DNA of 64,000 nucleotides from NCBI RefSeq assembly GCF_037042905.1, contig NC_087245.1, positions 9,486,001 to 9,550,000 of the forward strand. Reading direction: 5' to 3'. The DNA comes from Lytechinus pictus (taxonomy: Eukaryota). Within the stretch, counting starts at the first letter, position 1, and every line of letters begins with the position of its first letter. This document shows, piece by piece, positions 24,226 to 37,318 of the stretch. The translations under genes were made by a program, and so were the position numbers. The notes below the pieces were generated by a model that worked only from the letters and a program-made list of their open reading frames with translations, was not told the origin of the DNA and did not search any database.

Positions 24226-27200
24226 ATGGCCTTTCAAACCAGTTACAGTGACAGTGCACTTAGTTCTGATGTTGAAAAGGATGCAAACCCTGGTGCAAAC
24301 TCTATTAAATACCGGACTCTACTGAAGGAAATTGACAATGGATTAGGAGCAAGAGATATGGAGAAGCTGAAGTACTTATGCCAAGACTTGGGTGTTGCCC
24401 CACGGAAATTTGAGAATATGAATAGGGGTATCTACTTGTTTACAGAATTGGAAAAACTTGCATTGGTCACAGCAGATGACATTTCATTGCTGGTACTCCT
24501 GATGCAAGCAATCAGTCGCTATGACCTGGTGAAAAAACTGAAGTCATGGAGCAGCAAGGAAGGAAAGTTGGCCCACATGTTAAGTTCTTACAGGTGAATG
24601 AGTTTTTTGCAGTTTATGTTTACAGTGGGGATAGTATCAGATGAAAACTATCATTGAAATATTCTGAATTCTGAGCAAATTATTTTGAGAATGTTTGTTA
24701 CATTCAAAATTCTCTCTTTCTCATGAATATACAGACAAGGGGTAATGACAAGAATTCTCATGATTAATTTTATCATATTTCAGTCCACCTTCATTTTGCA
24801 ATCTCAATCTTTATTAAAGTACAATCCAAGCAAATATTACATTTTTTATTCTACTTTCATTCATATTTTACCTGCAAGGTTCTCCCATAGTGAATAAAAA
24901 CAGTTCGCTCTGGGTGCAAGGGGGGAGGGGGTTGCAGCAGTTGAATTGTGGACAGGTGCCCTGGCTGAGTGGTCTAAAAAGCTGGACTAGACAATTGAAA
25001 GTCCCGGTGTCTGTGCCCTTGAACAGTGCATTTAATCAATAAGTTCTCTTTTTATCTTGGATTATTATAATGCTGTATGCATTCTTGGTAACTATGTGTG
25101 TAGTTGTAAAAAAAATCACAACACCCTCTAGCAGATTTTTCGTGTAAAATCAGAAACAAAATGTAATTTGTAAAACACATTTTCATGTCATATCCTCCAC
25201 ATAATTACTGTTTTAAGGCATACCGGTACACATTCATATAATAATTTAGTAAATAAGTGAAATAGTGATAGCCACATTTTGGGTAGTTATCACAGCAAAA
25301 AAAAATTTGAAGTCATGAATTAAGCCCCTTGTTTGTTTTATGGTGTTTGCGTTTCTAGGAGATTGATGCTAAGGATATCTGACAGTCTGAGTCGAGACGA
25401 GAGAGACCAATTTAAATTTTATCTCAGTGGAGGTGAAATTCCAATTCCTGTAGCAGCCATTGAGGAATGCACGACACTCTTACAGGTGACAGTTAGAAAG
25501 AAAAATAAACTGAAGTATGTAATTGAATCAATTTTTAACAAATGGCTTGTAAAAGATTCCTCATTTTAGTCTACAGGTACAAATGATAAATAATGGCTAG
25601 AAAACGTACTATTTTACACAAAAATAAGAAATGCCTGATGATTATCTGTTTACTTATTGCTGATGTTCCATTGCTGTCACTCATTTGTTTATGTCATAGA
25701 TCAATATCATTTGACAACAGATGTTCACTGCTTCATACCTGATTTTTTTTTAAATAAAATTTGATGGATAATATTTACTCTAATTTGTTGGAAAACTTGA
25801 GTATTTGGTTTTAACAAATTAGATCATTTATATGGTTTCTCAGGGATGATTTTTAATTTTTTTTATTATTTAGATATTACATTGATTGAATGTAAACATA
25901 AAACTCAGATCCTGGTCATTTTCAAAATGTATGCTACTATGATTTCAAGTTTATTTGAGCCATAATAATGAATTCTTTTTATTCCCTTGGTAGCTCTTTG
26001 TACTAATGGAGAAATACACATTAATTGGCCCGAGAGATCTTGAATACTTCACATCAATCATGCAGTCTATTGGAAACATAGCCATTGTTAAAGAAATTGA
26101 ACAGTATTTTGGTAAGCTTTTGTTTCGCATGAATTATAAAAGAAATGAAAAAAAATTATTGAGGGACTCATTTTTTGTCTCACCTGCATAGCAGAGTGAG
26201 ACTATAGGCGCCGCTTTTCCGACGGCGACGGCGGCGGCGGCGACGGCGGCGACGGCGACGGCGGCGTCAACACCAAATCTTAACCTGAGGTTAAGTTTTT
26301 GAAATGACAGCATAACTTAGAAAGTATATGGACCTAGTTCATGAAACTTGGCCATAAGGTTAATCAAGTATTACTGAACATCCTGCCTGAGTTTCATGTC
26401 ACATGACCAAGGTCAAAGGTCATTTAGGGTCAATGAACTTAGACCATGTTCGGGGAATCAACATCAAAATCTTAACCTAAGGTTAAGTTTTTGAAATGTC
26501 ATCATAACTTAGAAAATATATGGACCTAGTTCATGAAACTTATACATAAGGTTAATCAAGTATCACTGAACATCCTTCATGAGTTTCACATCACATGACC
26601 AAGGTCAAAGGTCATTTAGGGTCAATGAACTTTGGCCGAATTGGGGGTATCTGTTGAATTACCATCATAACTTTGAAAGTTTATGGATCTGATTCATGAA
26701 ACTTGGACATAATAGTAATCAAGTATTACTGAACATCCTGTGCAAGTTTCAGGTCACATGATCAAGGTCAAAGGTCATTTAGGGTCAATGAACTTTGGCC
26801 AAATTGGGGTATTTGTTGAATTACAGCCATAAATTTGAAAGTGTGTTGGTCTAGTTCATAAAACTTGGACATAATAGTAATCAAGTATCACTGAACATCC
26901 TGTGCGAGTTTCAGGTCACATGATCAAGATCAAAGGTCATGTAAGGTCAAAGAACTTTGGCCACGTTGGGGGTATTTGTTGAATTGCCATCATATCTCTA
27001 TAAGTGTATTGGTCTAGTTCATAAAACGTGGAAATAAGAGTAACCAAGTATCACTGAACATCTTGTGCGAGTTATAGTAGTTTTCAAAATCAGCACTGCT
27101 GCTATATTGAATCGCGTGATGCAGGTGAGACGGCCAGAGGCATTCCACTTGTTTAATTTTGAAAGGAGCAATAAAATCTCTCCTAAAACTTGAAGGGGAG

Positions 27201-30200
27201 GTTACGGGAGCACTGCAAAAAGTTCTTCTTTGACAAACAAGGGGTGGTTTTTTTTTGTCCGATTACAAAATGGATGAATGCTTACTAGGTTACAAACCAC
27301 ATCTAAGGAGACAAACAATCACTTGTATATATGCAACATTTATCTCAATTTACTTTTTATTGTCATTTTTGCGAATTGTGTTATTGCTTACAATGTAATT
27401 GTGTGCTCTTATTTGACTGGGAATGGGGTTTTTAATGTTGACTCTAACAGTTCGATCATTGACTGACACTCTAGTTCTACATTTGATGTCAGAATAGAGA
27501 TTATACATGGAAATAAAAAGTTGTACAAACAATACAAATGTGTATGATGTTGCCTGTTTTCTAGTTTTTCTGCATTTCTGCATTTATCATTTCATGTCAC
27601 AAGAAATCAAATTCGCTGAGGCTAGTGATAAATTGCTCTACCTGAAATGGATTCAGGCGAGCAGTAGCGAGCGATCTCTCTCGCTCGCCTTAAAACTGAG
27701 TCCTTGTTTACTCTTTCTGTTTTTTTGCTTTCTTTGAAAGTTATGTAACTGATCTAAAACGCAAACTTAGTTGATTTCATAGGCCTTTATTTGCAACATA
27801 TGTTATTATGATTATCGTTTATTGGTGTTGAACAATGTAGAACAATAGGCAACACGGTGTAGATGTAACATCTCAATTTTTCCTGTGGATGTATGAATAA
27901 ACTTCTCTTTGATTTCTTGAATTGATTAGCTAATGAAAGATCATCAGCAATTAATGTAGAATCGTCTTCCAGTCAAAGTTTCCAATCCCACCAAGGTAGT
28001 GGAGCAACATACGACCCTGCCAATATGAGAAGCAAATCTGAACCAACGTTTGGGGTGCACACGCAAATCCCACCACCGGATGGACACGTCTACCAAGGGA
28101 TTCCACAGCAACATCAACAACCTTACTACAAGAATCCACCACAGCAATATCACAATCCACACCAACAGGCAACACCATCTTTCAGCCAGCAGTACCCACC
28201 ACAACAGTTAGTAGATGAACAACAAATGGCTATAAAGAGAGAGCCTGAGGATAGGACAGGTAGTGAAATGTCTGGTTTGACATTTGGCCCTGAGAGACCG
28301 AGGTGGTACTATGAAGCTGTGGAAAAAAATGGTGAGTTAATTATTTTTGAAAAATAGTATTTGATGAAAACAAACATGTTCTTTAAAAAGGCTTCTCCTA
28401 TAAAACTTGAAAAGTCTGAATGAAGTTGAGTGATGTCATTTCCTCAATGAACTTTGAAGATGTGATCAATTTAATATGATGTTTTGTGTGAGCTCTGCAT
28501 GCAAGTTAGGACTAATACAAGTAATATTCTGTAAAAAAATCTTTTCATCCATTATTGACCATGAAATGTATTTTTCAGAGTATGTATAGGAATCCAACTT
28601 TCAAAATGAATATAAAGCATGGTATTAAAGGGCAATTTGGCCTCAATAATTTTTTCTGATTTTGATACCATATGTTATCACATTCACATTTTGTTTATTT
28701 TCCCCAACCTAGTTATTTTCAGGGTAGATTTTTCAATGTGCCTCTGATTTTGTTGTTGAAAAAAGGGCATCTACATGTATATGAATCAAGCTATTTTCAT
28801 TATTATTATTGTTACTGTTGTTGTCTTATTTGTCGTTGTCGTTGTCATCATCATCATCATTGTTAGAAAATTTTCTCATCTCTTAAATAACCTGTCTTGA
28901 CTTCATTTCTAAGGTCCTGCCTATGCCGATGAATTGTGGGAAAAGGTTTTACAGAAGATGAGAGAAGGTGAGGTCCGGAAGAAAATGCAGGAGATGAAGA
29001 TTTCTGAACAGAGGAGAGTTGAGGAGAGGGCGCCTTCTGACAAGACGCAACCAGGTGATGATGAAAGGGAAGCATCCGTCACAAGGAACCTTGCCTTAGG
29101 ACCAATAAAGGATACCAAATTAACAGGTATGGTTATTCTATGCAATGTGATGATCTGTTGTCATGTTGAGTGATGCCTGTATTGTTTTTAGAAGTGAGTG
29201 TTTGGTGCAAATGTTTGAAGCAGGTCAAGCTCACCAATTATTGTGTACTTATGTGCACTGTACATTTGTAAGAGCATCCAATGTGTACATGAGAAGTAGA
29301 TAAAAAGGAATGTTAAAAAATTATTTTCAGTTTCATATTAGAAAAAATATACAGTCCTGGAAAAGACAGATAGAATGATGTACCTCTACAAAATTAAAGC
29401 CACATCAATGCCTTTGCTGCTAATGGAATGGTTTTGTCTCTGCAGCAATTTTAAAGTTTACAACAGTGTAAAAGATGGAAAGATGCTTGACAGGATTGCT
29501 ACTATGAACATTTCAATTGCAAAACCTTAAAGACTTACGTTTGTAGGTCTTGATTTTTGTTTGACTTGATTACTCTGTAAAATTGATTGCAGTTCTTGGA
29601 AGCCGACTTTGCCGTCTCCCCCTTATTCTTTTTATTTATATTTTCTTTTATGTTTATCATTGAATGTATTAATTATAAGTGAAGGAAATGAAATGAGGTG
29701 AATCAGTAGTTAAAATTGTCTAATCTGTATTGCCTTGAGATTTTGATTAATTTGTGGTCTTGTACTTCAATGGACTATTGCGGCAATTATCTTCCAATAG
29801 TTTTAATATATTTGAAAAATGATAAAATCTTGAAAGACAGGATAAATCAAACATTTAGTATGACATATTTTTCTTGTCTGAGGCTTCATAGAGGGAAATG
29901 TTGAATTAAAACTGGTGTATGTTGAACCTCGGATCAAAATACTAGACATTATGTATATTAAACATTGCTGTTATTGATGAGGAAGTTTTGTGTGAAGGAA
30001 AATTCAGATGGATATGAGTGAACTTAAGATAAAAAAATTACTTATTTTCTTTAGTCCTTGATTAATCTCTCTCTCTCAAACTGATTTGTTTCTCTTAGTT
30101 TGAAAACTTTGTAATTCCTGATATCATTCTGTTTACTATAGAATCGCTGCAAACCCAAACACCTAGTGAAGGGGGACATAGGATTGTACCTGCCCAAACT

Positions 30201-33200
30201 GCTACTATTTTGCAGCAACAAAATCCAGGTATTAAATTTATTTCATACAAACCTTGTCTTGGAAGGAAAAATAAAATATTGTATAGAAAGATCTGAAGCT
30301 CTAATCCCTGTTGAATGTATTGTTATTTTTTTTAATTAGTGATTACTTTATTTATTTGTCATGAAAATACCACAACATAAAATTGTATTTGCTTCTTTGA
30401 ATGAATACTTTTGGCATGATAACTTTCCGTTTGCCAGTTCACATCTATGAACTGAAAGTTGAATACACACATTTATGTATAGAATAACAATTTCCTGTAA
30501 ACCTTTTATGCTTTCATTAAACTCTTTTGATACCATTAGACCTTATATGAACACCTTTTCTTTGTACATGTCAAGTAAGATTATTTAAAATAAAAATAAC
30601 ACATTAATTTCCATTTTTGTAGGCTTTACTTTATAAAAATATTGATTTGTTTCATTTCATATTTGAATACAACAGGTCCCTTTCCACAATTGCCAAAGTA
30701 CAAAATGGACAGGCTCCCTAGAGGATTGTGTATCATTTTCAATGCAGAAAATTTCACAGGATCCAAACTTGACAAACGAGTTGGTACAGAAAAGGATGTT
30801 GGTGAGTGCACAGTTTTGTCCTATACATGCCTCTGCAATCCAGATATCTAATGATATTTAATTTGTCATTTAGAATATTGAGATAAATTGTTGTTTTGTA
30901 TTTTCTTATAATCTAGTATTTGATGATGGCATCATCAACATTGAAATTGTAATCAAGTTCAAGTTTTTGAAATGTCATCATAACTTTGAAAGTATAGATC
31001 TAGTTCATGAAACTTGGAAAGAGTAATCAAGTATCATTGAACAGGTCATTTAGGGTCAATGAACTTGGACCATGTTGGGAAAATCAATATTGTAATCTTA
31101 AACTGAGGTTTAGTTTTTAAAATATCCTAACTTTAAAAGTATATGAATCTAGCTCATATAACTCGGACATAAGAGTAATTAAGTATCACTGATCATCTTT
31201 CATGAGTTTTAGGTCACATGATTTATGTCAGGGGTCATTTAGTTTCAATGAACTTTGACCATGCTGGGGGGATTTGTTGAAACGCCATCATTACTTTAAA
31301 AGTCAATAGATCTAGCTCATGAAACGTGAACATAAGGGTAATCAAGTATCACTGATTGTCTTTCACGTGTCGCAGGATCAAGGTCAAAGGTCATTTAGGG
31401 TCAATGGACCTAGTGTTTTATTATCATTTGAAGTGTGTTTTGTGAATAATTATTAATCTTTAATAGTTTTCAAATTCAGCACCGCTGCTTTATTGAATCG
31501 CATAACACTGGCGAGACTGCCAGAGGTGTTCCACTTGTATAATGCTGTCATAGTCTTCCATCTTTGATATACAACTTCCCCATTCCACTGCACTATTGAG
31601 CTGCCCAGAAATTTATACAATGAACAAATAGGTAAATTGATTTTGTACCTTCATGCTGTACATACATTTTGCGTAAACAGGGACTTACGTTATGCCACAT
31701 ATATGCTGATTGTAGACAATACACTCCACTGATTGCACTAAACTGCATTCTAGCGAGTGCTGGTATGGTATATTTGGATGCTACTAAGCAACCCATAGAA
31801 TGTTATGGGATCCAATCCGAAGCAGTCAGATTACGGAACATTTTCAGAAAAGGTATTATAAAGATTGAACACTGGGGGCAGCATTCACCCTTAAAATCCT
31901 GTTGCTTGTTTTTATCACTGTAGTATCAGCTATATGTGATAAGGAGAATTAGTGCTGAATGCACATGCTAACATCTTTCTAATGTATTAAACACTATATT
32001 AATGTAAAATATTATTTACCTGAATGAGGCATATTGGAGACAAGATATAAACATGTATTTTGTCTGTCTAATTGATTAACTCAGCACAAAATCTGTCACA
32101 ATGACCAAGACAGGATGCAAGTGTATGACCAGGGACCATGATATTCATATACCCTCCTCCGTGAATTTTTCACTTTCCTATTGCGCCTACGTAGTAAATT
32201 ATCAATCCATAATATCCGTATCCCCATTCATCAAACCATGGAGGTAGAATGATCAAACCCAAGCGCAAGTCTTGTGTACGTGTTAAGTGAATGCCTGCAC
32301 TGTGCATGATGTGCACCTGCACTGTACACACTTTACATCACAATTACTTAGCCAGCCCAGGATTACTTCATCAAGTTCATGAATAATGTGAAATTGGACG
32401 TACCAACAGGCAAACAGACATAATTGCTACAAATGATAGCTTCAATGCTACATCACATAGCTGTAGACATTACATGTATATAATAATAAAAAAAATATTG
32501 ACTGGCTTTAATTTTCAGGAGATACCACAACATATTTCCCTCAGTAGTCTCATATTGCCCTCATTATCACTCGGGGAAAAATGAGACTACTTCGGGGAAG
32601 TATATGTATGGTATCTCCCTCAAAGCTAGTCAAATGAGTCAGTTTTATATATAAATGATACTGAGAAGAGAACACAAAAACATACCGAGGGAAAGTGTTC
32701 AAGTAATATGGGCATTCAAATACACTGTTGCTACATAACTAGTTCAATGTGTAGGGTAACAATTTTGAATTTTTTAAAATACTTTTTGTTTGTTTGTTTT
32801 TGTATTAGAAGACTATTACAATTTTGAAATTTTGATCCATGTCAAACTCTGACATCTATTCATCTTATCTCAATATTTTGACAGAGGCATTGCGGAACAC
32901 TTTTCAAAATAATCTGAGATTAAAAACCCTTGTGAAGAATGACCCGACTCGGCAAACATACGTTGATTGCCTGCAAGAGATTGCAAGAATGGATCATTCT
33001 GAGTATGATTGTTTTGTCTGCGTCATCTTATCTCATGGATCTAAAGGCTGTGTGTATGGTACTGATGGAAGACAGATCCAGATTGATGCATTGACAGGTG
33101 TGTATAATGCTATACTTTCATCATAAAGCAGTGTTGTATGCAGGACGAAAGGCCAAGACTTGGTTCTGAGGAGAAGGAAAATTCCACGTAATTGTCTTTG

Positions 33201-34535
33201 AGGCCGGCTGGTGTGAGTGCATAACACTGCAAATCATTTTTTTTTTAACTGGATGAATGAATTTTTTCACTGTTAACCTAAAATATTTCCTGGCCTTGGC
33301 AAAGTACAGAGACAATACTTTTGTAAAGGATGAAGTGTGAGGCACAGAAAATGATAGGTAAATACTACAGAATAAGATGGAAAGGAAGAACAAACCATTA
33401 TATTGGGGAAGAGGCAAAATTGATGAAAATTGACTGTTTGGCTACTGTTCTCGTAAATTGTTTTCGCAAATCTAGTCTTTTATTCAGTATTGTGTATATA
33501 CTAAAAAGAGATTTTCTCTTTAAAGGAGAATGAAACACTTGGAGCAAGTTAGCTTTTGTGAAAGCAGAAAAATCAAAGAATAAGATCCACAAAAGTTTGA
33601 GTAAAATTGGACTAGCAATAGAAGAGTTATGAGCATTTGAATGTCGAGATCACTAATGCTATGGAGATCCTCCTATTGGCAATGCGACCAAGATCTATGA
33701 TGTCACAGATGAACAACTCTCCCCTTTTGGACACTGAAAAGATACCCCAAAACATCTCTTTTTGCTCATTCTAATCATATGACAAACGATTCATCAATGA
33801 TATAATGTTGTGAAACCTCTGTACTTGTCCTCTCATAAAGAGAACACCTCATCTTGTGATAGACTCTATAAAAGTGAGAATATAAGTGAAATAAGTACTA
33901 AAGTAATGAGGGAGTTGTACGTGTGTGACATCACAGATCTTGGTTGCATTGCCAATGGGAGGAAATACATGGCATTAGTGATCTCAATATTCAAATGCTC
34001 ATAACTTTCTTATTATTCATTCAATCTTCCTCAAACTTTCAACAATATGTTTCTTTGATTTTTCTCTTTAATATGGATTCAGCTGGTTCAAGGGTTTCAT
34101 TCTCCTTTAATTTTGAATATAATCTTCTTCGTATTCCTTCCAGGACTATTTAGAGGTGAGTACGTACCATCTCTTTTGGACAAACCCAAACTGTTCTTCA
34201 TCCAGGCTTGCCAGGGAACAGATGCCCAAGCTGCTATCGACATCAGGCAGGATGCTGTTACTTCACTTCCTAATGAATCCGACACCCTCGTTAGTCTGTC
34301 CACAGTTCCAGGATATTCCTCTAACAGGAGTGTCTCTAAAGGCACATGGTTTATCTCTACGCTGTGTTCTGTTATCAATTCCCACTACAAGAAGCATGTA
34401 GATCTTCTTTCAATGCTGACCATGGTTAATTACTTGCTCAGCACTGCAGCAGATAAAGAAAAAAAGAAGCAAATTGGAAACCCCTCTCACACGCTACGCA
34501 AACAAATCTATTTCAATCAAGGACTTGGTGAATAG
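24226..34535 (+). CDS. CASP8: Caspase-8/10-like initiator caspase with two death effector domains, 681 aa, 9 coding exons
   Basis: Exons 24226-24593, 25359-25485, 25994-26111, 27930-28331, 28914-29126, 30142-30228, 30676-30801, 32885-33097 and 34144-34535; all GT-AG and in phase (2046 nt). DED1 YRTLL..I...L...D...LKYLC...RYDL; DED2 YRRLMLRISDSL; p20 RGLCIIFN...KRVGTEKD, ILSHG, KPKLFFIQACQG; p10 GTWFI..LC. CASP8 versus CASP10 orthology is not resolved. Confidence 0.93.
24954..25115 (+). mobile_element. Degenerate tRNA-derived SINE (family of 16349-16524)
   Basis: GGTGCCCTGGCTGAGTGGTCTAA head, GTGCCCTTGAACAGTGCATTTAAT core, ATGCATTCTTGGTAACTA tail. Confidence 0.7.
26171..27153 (+). mobile_element. 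DINE-1-like element copy 2
   Basis: Nearly identical to 21653-22625; I see a longer microsatellite and only a few substitutions. Confidence 0.85.
30925..31538 (+). mobile_element. DINE-1-like element copy 3 (older, 5'-degraded)
   Basis: Same central repeat (TCATGAAACTTGG..TAATCAAGTATCA..GGTCATTTAGGGTCAATG) and 3' end GCGAGACTGCCAGAGGTGTTCCACTTGT. Confidence 0.75.
32501..32630. repeat. Short inverted-repeat element (MITE-like)
   Basis: GGAGATACCA..AGTAGTCTCAT / ATGAGACTACT..TGGTATCTCC arms. Confidence 0.6.
33524..34106. mobile_element. Kolobok-like MITE in the last caspase intron
   Basis: TIR AGGAGAATGAAAC / GTTTCATTCTCCT; TTAA at 33520-33523 and 34107-34110; long internal inverted arms. 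Confidence 0.87.
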
Positions 34536-34967
34536 ATATCTGCTATGGATGCATCATTGACCAACTAAATCATTTCTGACTATGTCGTATTATGAGAGGA
34601 AATATCCACTATGTATCACAAAACATACACACTTGAGTTTTGTGATTGATTGCAGGTATAATTTTACCTCTCAAATTTAGGCTGTTCGGGAATTATCTTT
34701 TAAAACGTTGTGAAGTCTTTTCAATACCCGCAACGCAAAGCAAAAGACATTTGGAATTAAAATGCATTGCTCGTGTTTGTTCAACGATCAATCATTAGGC
34801 TTTAAGGTAGTAGATACTGATGTTAAGGCACCTTTTAAAATGTCAAAGTCATGTCTTTCCCACTGGAAACAGCTTTCAAATTACAAATTCTTACATTTCA
34901 TCATAAAAAAAAAATGCTATGAAAAGATGTGGCACAGACTTTTAACAAGTTGCCTTTTAGATGTTAA

Positions 34968-35565
34968 AGGGATGGTCTGGGATGAAAATATTTATATCTA
35001 AATAAATAGACCAAAATTCACAGAGCAAAATGCTTCAAATTTCAACAAAATCGGATAACTAATAACACAGTTATGGATTTTAAAGTTTATCAATATTTTG
35101 TGAAAACAGATATATGCATATCGTCATGAATATTCATTAGGTGGGCTGATGATGTCACATCCCCACTTTCCTTTTTCTTATGTTATTACGTGAAATCATA
35201 ATGTTTCATTTTTTCATACATGTGTAAATGATGTGTCTCCATTATGATGAAATGAGTTGCGGCAATAAATAACTAATGCACTTAATCAGTTGTCAATCCA
35301 ATTGTTTTAGTTCTTGGTAGAAATATTTTGAATAAACCTAATTTCATAAAATTAAATACAAAAGAACAAGTGGGGATATGGCATCATCAGCCTACCTAAT
35401 GAATATTCATAAAGACATGCCTAGAACTGTTTCACTGGAATAATGCAAATCTATAAAATTCAATAACTTTGTTATCTGATTTTGATCAAATTTTCAGCAT
35501 TTTGCTCTGTGAATTTTACTGTTTATTGAGATACAAATATTTCCAGCCTGCACAATAGTACCATT
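34968..35565. mobile_element. Kolobok-like MITE (family of 6069-6660), downstream of the caspase stop
   Basis: TTAA|AGGGATG start; collinear similarity with 6069-6660. Confidence 0.75.
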
Positions 35566-36477
35566 TGATTGACCACTAAACCATTTTATAGAGTCATTAC
35601 ATCTTTTTATAAGACAAACTGCTGGTATATTTGCCATCTTCATATTAATACAATATTCGGGAGCCTTGATTTAACATGGCCAATGTGGTTAAGATTAATA
35701 TAGCATGTTGCATATTTCTTTAGTTTTGCTTGCCAGATAAAGCAGCATCTGACATGCTGTAACCAAGGGAAAATTAGTATTTCCTGCATAGAGGTCTGTA
35801 TTATTTTTTTCTGTTCTGAGCTATTCAAGAGGGGGTAAAGGAGAGGGGTGGGGGCTTTGCAACTTAGGAGAATAATATATTTTGTATTTAGGGGATGGAT
35901 TGCCCTTAACCATATTACTAGGCTTGGGTATTTGGGGAGATCATATGCCGTATATATATATATTGCTACTGATACTGATTTCATTTTTTTTTTATGTCAC
36001 TGTTACACAAAGTCCTGAAAGCTTTGAAGGCTATCTTAAAGTTTTGCCAGATGCCTCTATAAGTGTTCAATGAGACAAAACAAAGTTCCTGGTGTTTCAA
36101 GAAAGTGAAAATAAAGTGCCTATAACCCTGAAGAAACTTTGCTATTATGCTTGTTATAAACGATTTAAATCTACTAAGATAACATGGCATTTCAACTTAA
36201 AGAGCCTCCAAGTCTAACATTCATGCATTTTATGATGTTTAGAAAGATAATCATAGGCCTACCAGGGACCTGGGAACAATTTTTGAGTAGGGGTGCTGGT
36301 TGGAAAAAAAATGACAAGCAAAAAGTTTTCACTTCAAAATTAAGTTGATTTTGGTCAAATAATGTCTACATTTTAGCATACCAACCTGATTTCTAGGGGG
36401 TGCTGCCTATGGTGTACAACATACACAGCACATCCAGAAAAAAAATCCCTGGCACCCTCACTTCCCAGAGCCATAAG

Positions 36478-36633
36478 GGGCCCGTTGCATAAAACTTTTA
36501 CCTGAGAAAACTCGGGTTGTTTTCACCGGAGTTTTTGCCGTGTTAAAAGTCAATGGCAGAAATCAGACTAACCTTGGTTTTCAGTTTTTACCAGAGTTTT
36601 CTCAGGTAACTAAAAGTTTTATGCAACAGGCAC
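36478..36633. mobile_element. MITE
   Basis: GTTGCATAAAACTTTTA..CCTGAGAAAACTC / GAGTTTTCTCAGG..TAAAAGTTTTATGCAAC inverted arms. Confidence 0.7.
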
Positions 36634-36989
36634 AAGGTCTACCTAGCATACACTAAACACAATATCATCCCACTCAGTGTTAGCATGGGGGTGCAGAGCC
36701 TAGTTTTGATTTATTTCATCATTAAAGATGAATAAGAACTTTTATGTCTTTGCCAACTATGCTCAAGATATCTGATTTGCTTATGTTAGTTTGACAAATA
36801 TGTATAAGTGATGTGCTTCTATGTGTAAATGATTTATACTTAAGGATATAATAGAATTTTCACTTTAACACTCAATACCTGTATATTGTTGTTAAAAATT
36901 ATTGTTGAAACTGAAAAGATATTTTATATAATAAAGTGGATAATATAATGAACTTAGATCTCTCGTCCTGACCCACATTTCACTCACTC

Positions 36990-37318
36990 TAAGGCTATTC
37001 TTGGTCATGTGTGTGACCGAAATTATGAAAAATATTGACTATAATTAGTTTTAAATCTAAAAAGTTTAGAGATTTAGTAATTCAAAGGTTATACAACATT
37101 AACATGTTTTGTCAGCTATCATTTGGAAATATTTTTTGCTGTCTCCAATATGCAGGTTCAAGGTCAGAGGTCAAAAGAACTGTGTCACGTGGGTGATTTC
37201 ACATAGCATTATTTGGAAAGTTTAATTCGTTATAAATCTCTAAAAGTTTAGAATTATTACAAATTAAAGTCAAGATTTGTCATAGTTTTGGTCACACACG
37301 TGACCAAGAATGGCCCTT
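36990..37318. mobile_element. MITE
   Basis: ATTCTTGGTCATGTGTGTGACC / GGTCACACACGTGACCAAGAAT inverted ends. Confidence 0.7.

Noticed and set aside
24226-34535. cFLIP-like pseudo-caspase, or separate FADD-like and caspase genes
   Set aside because: SHG and QACQG are intact, and all nine exons join in one frame.
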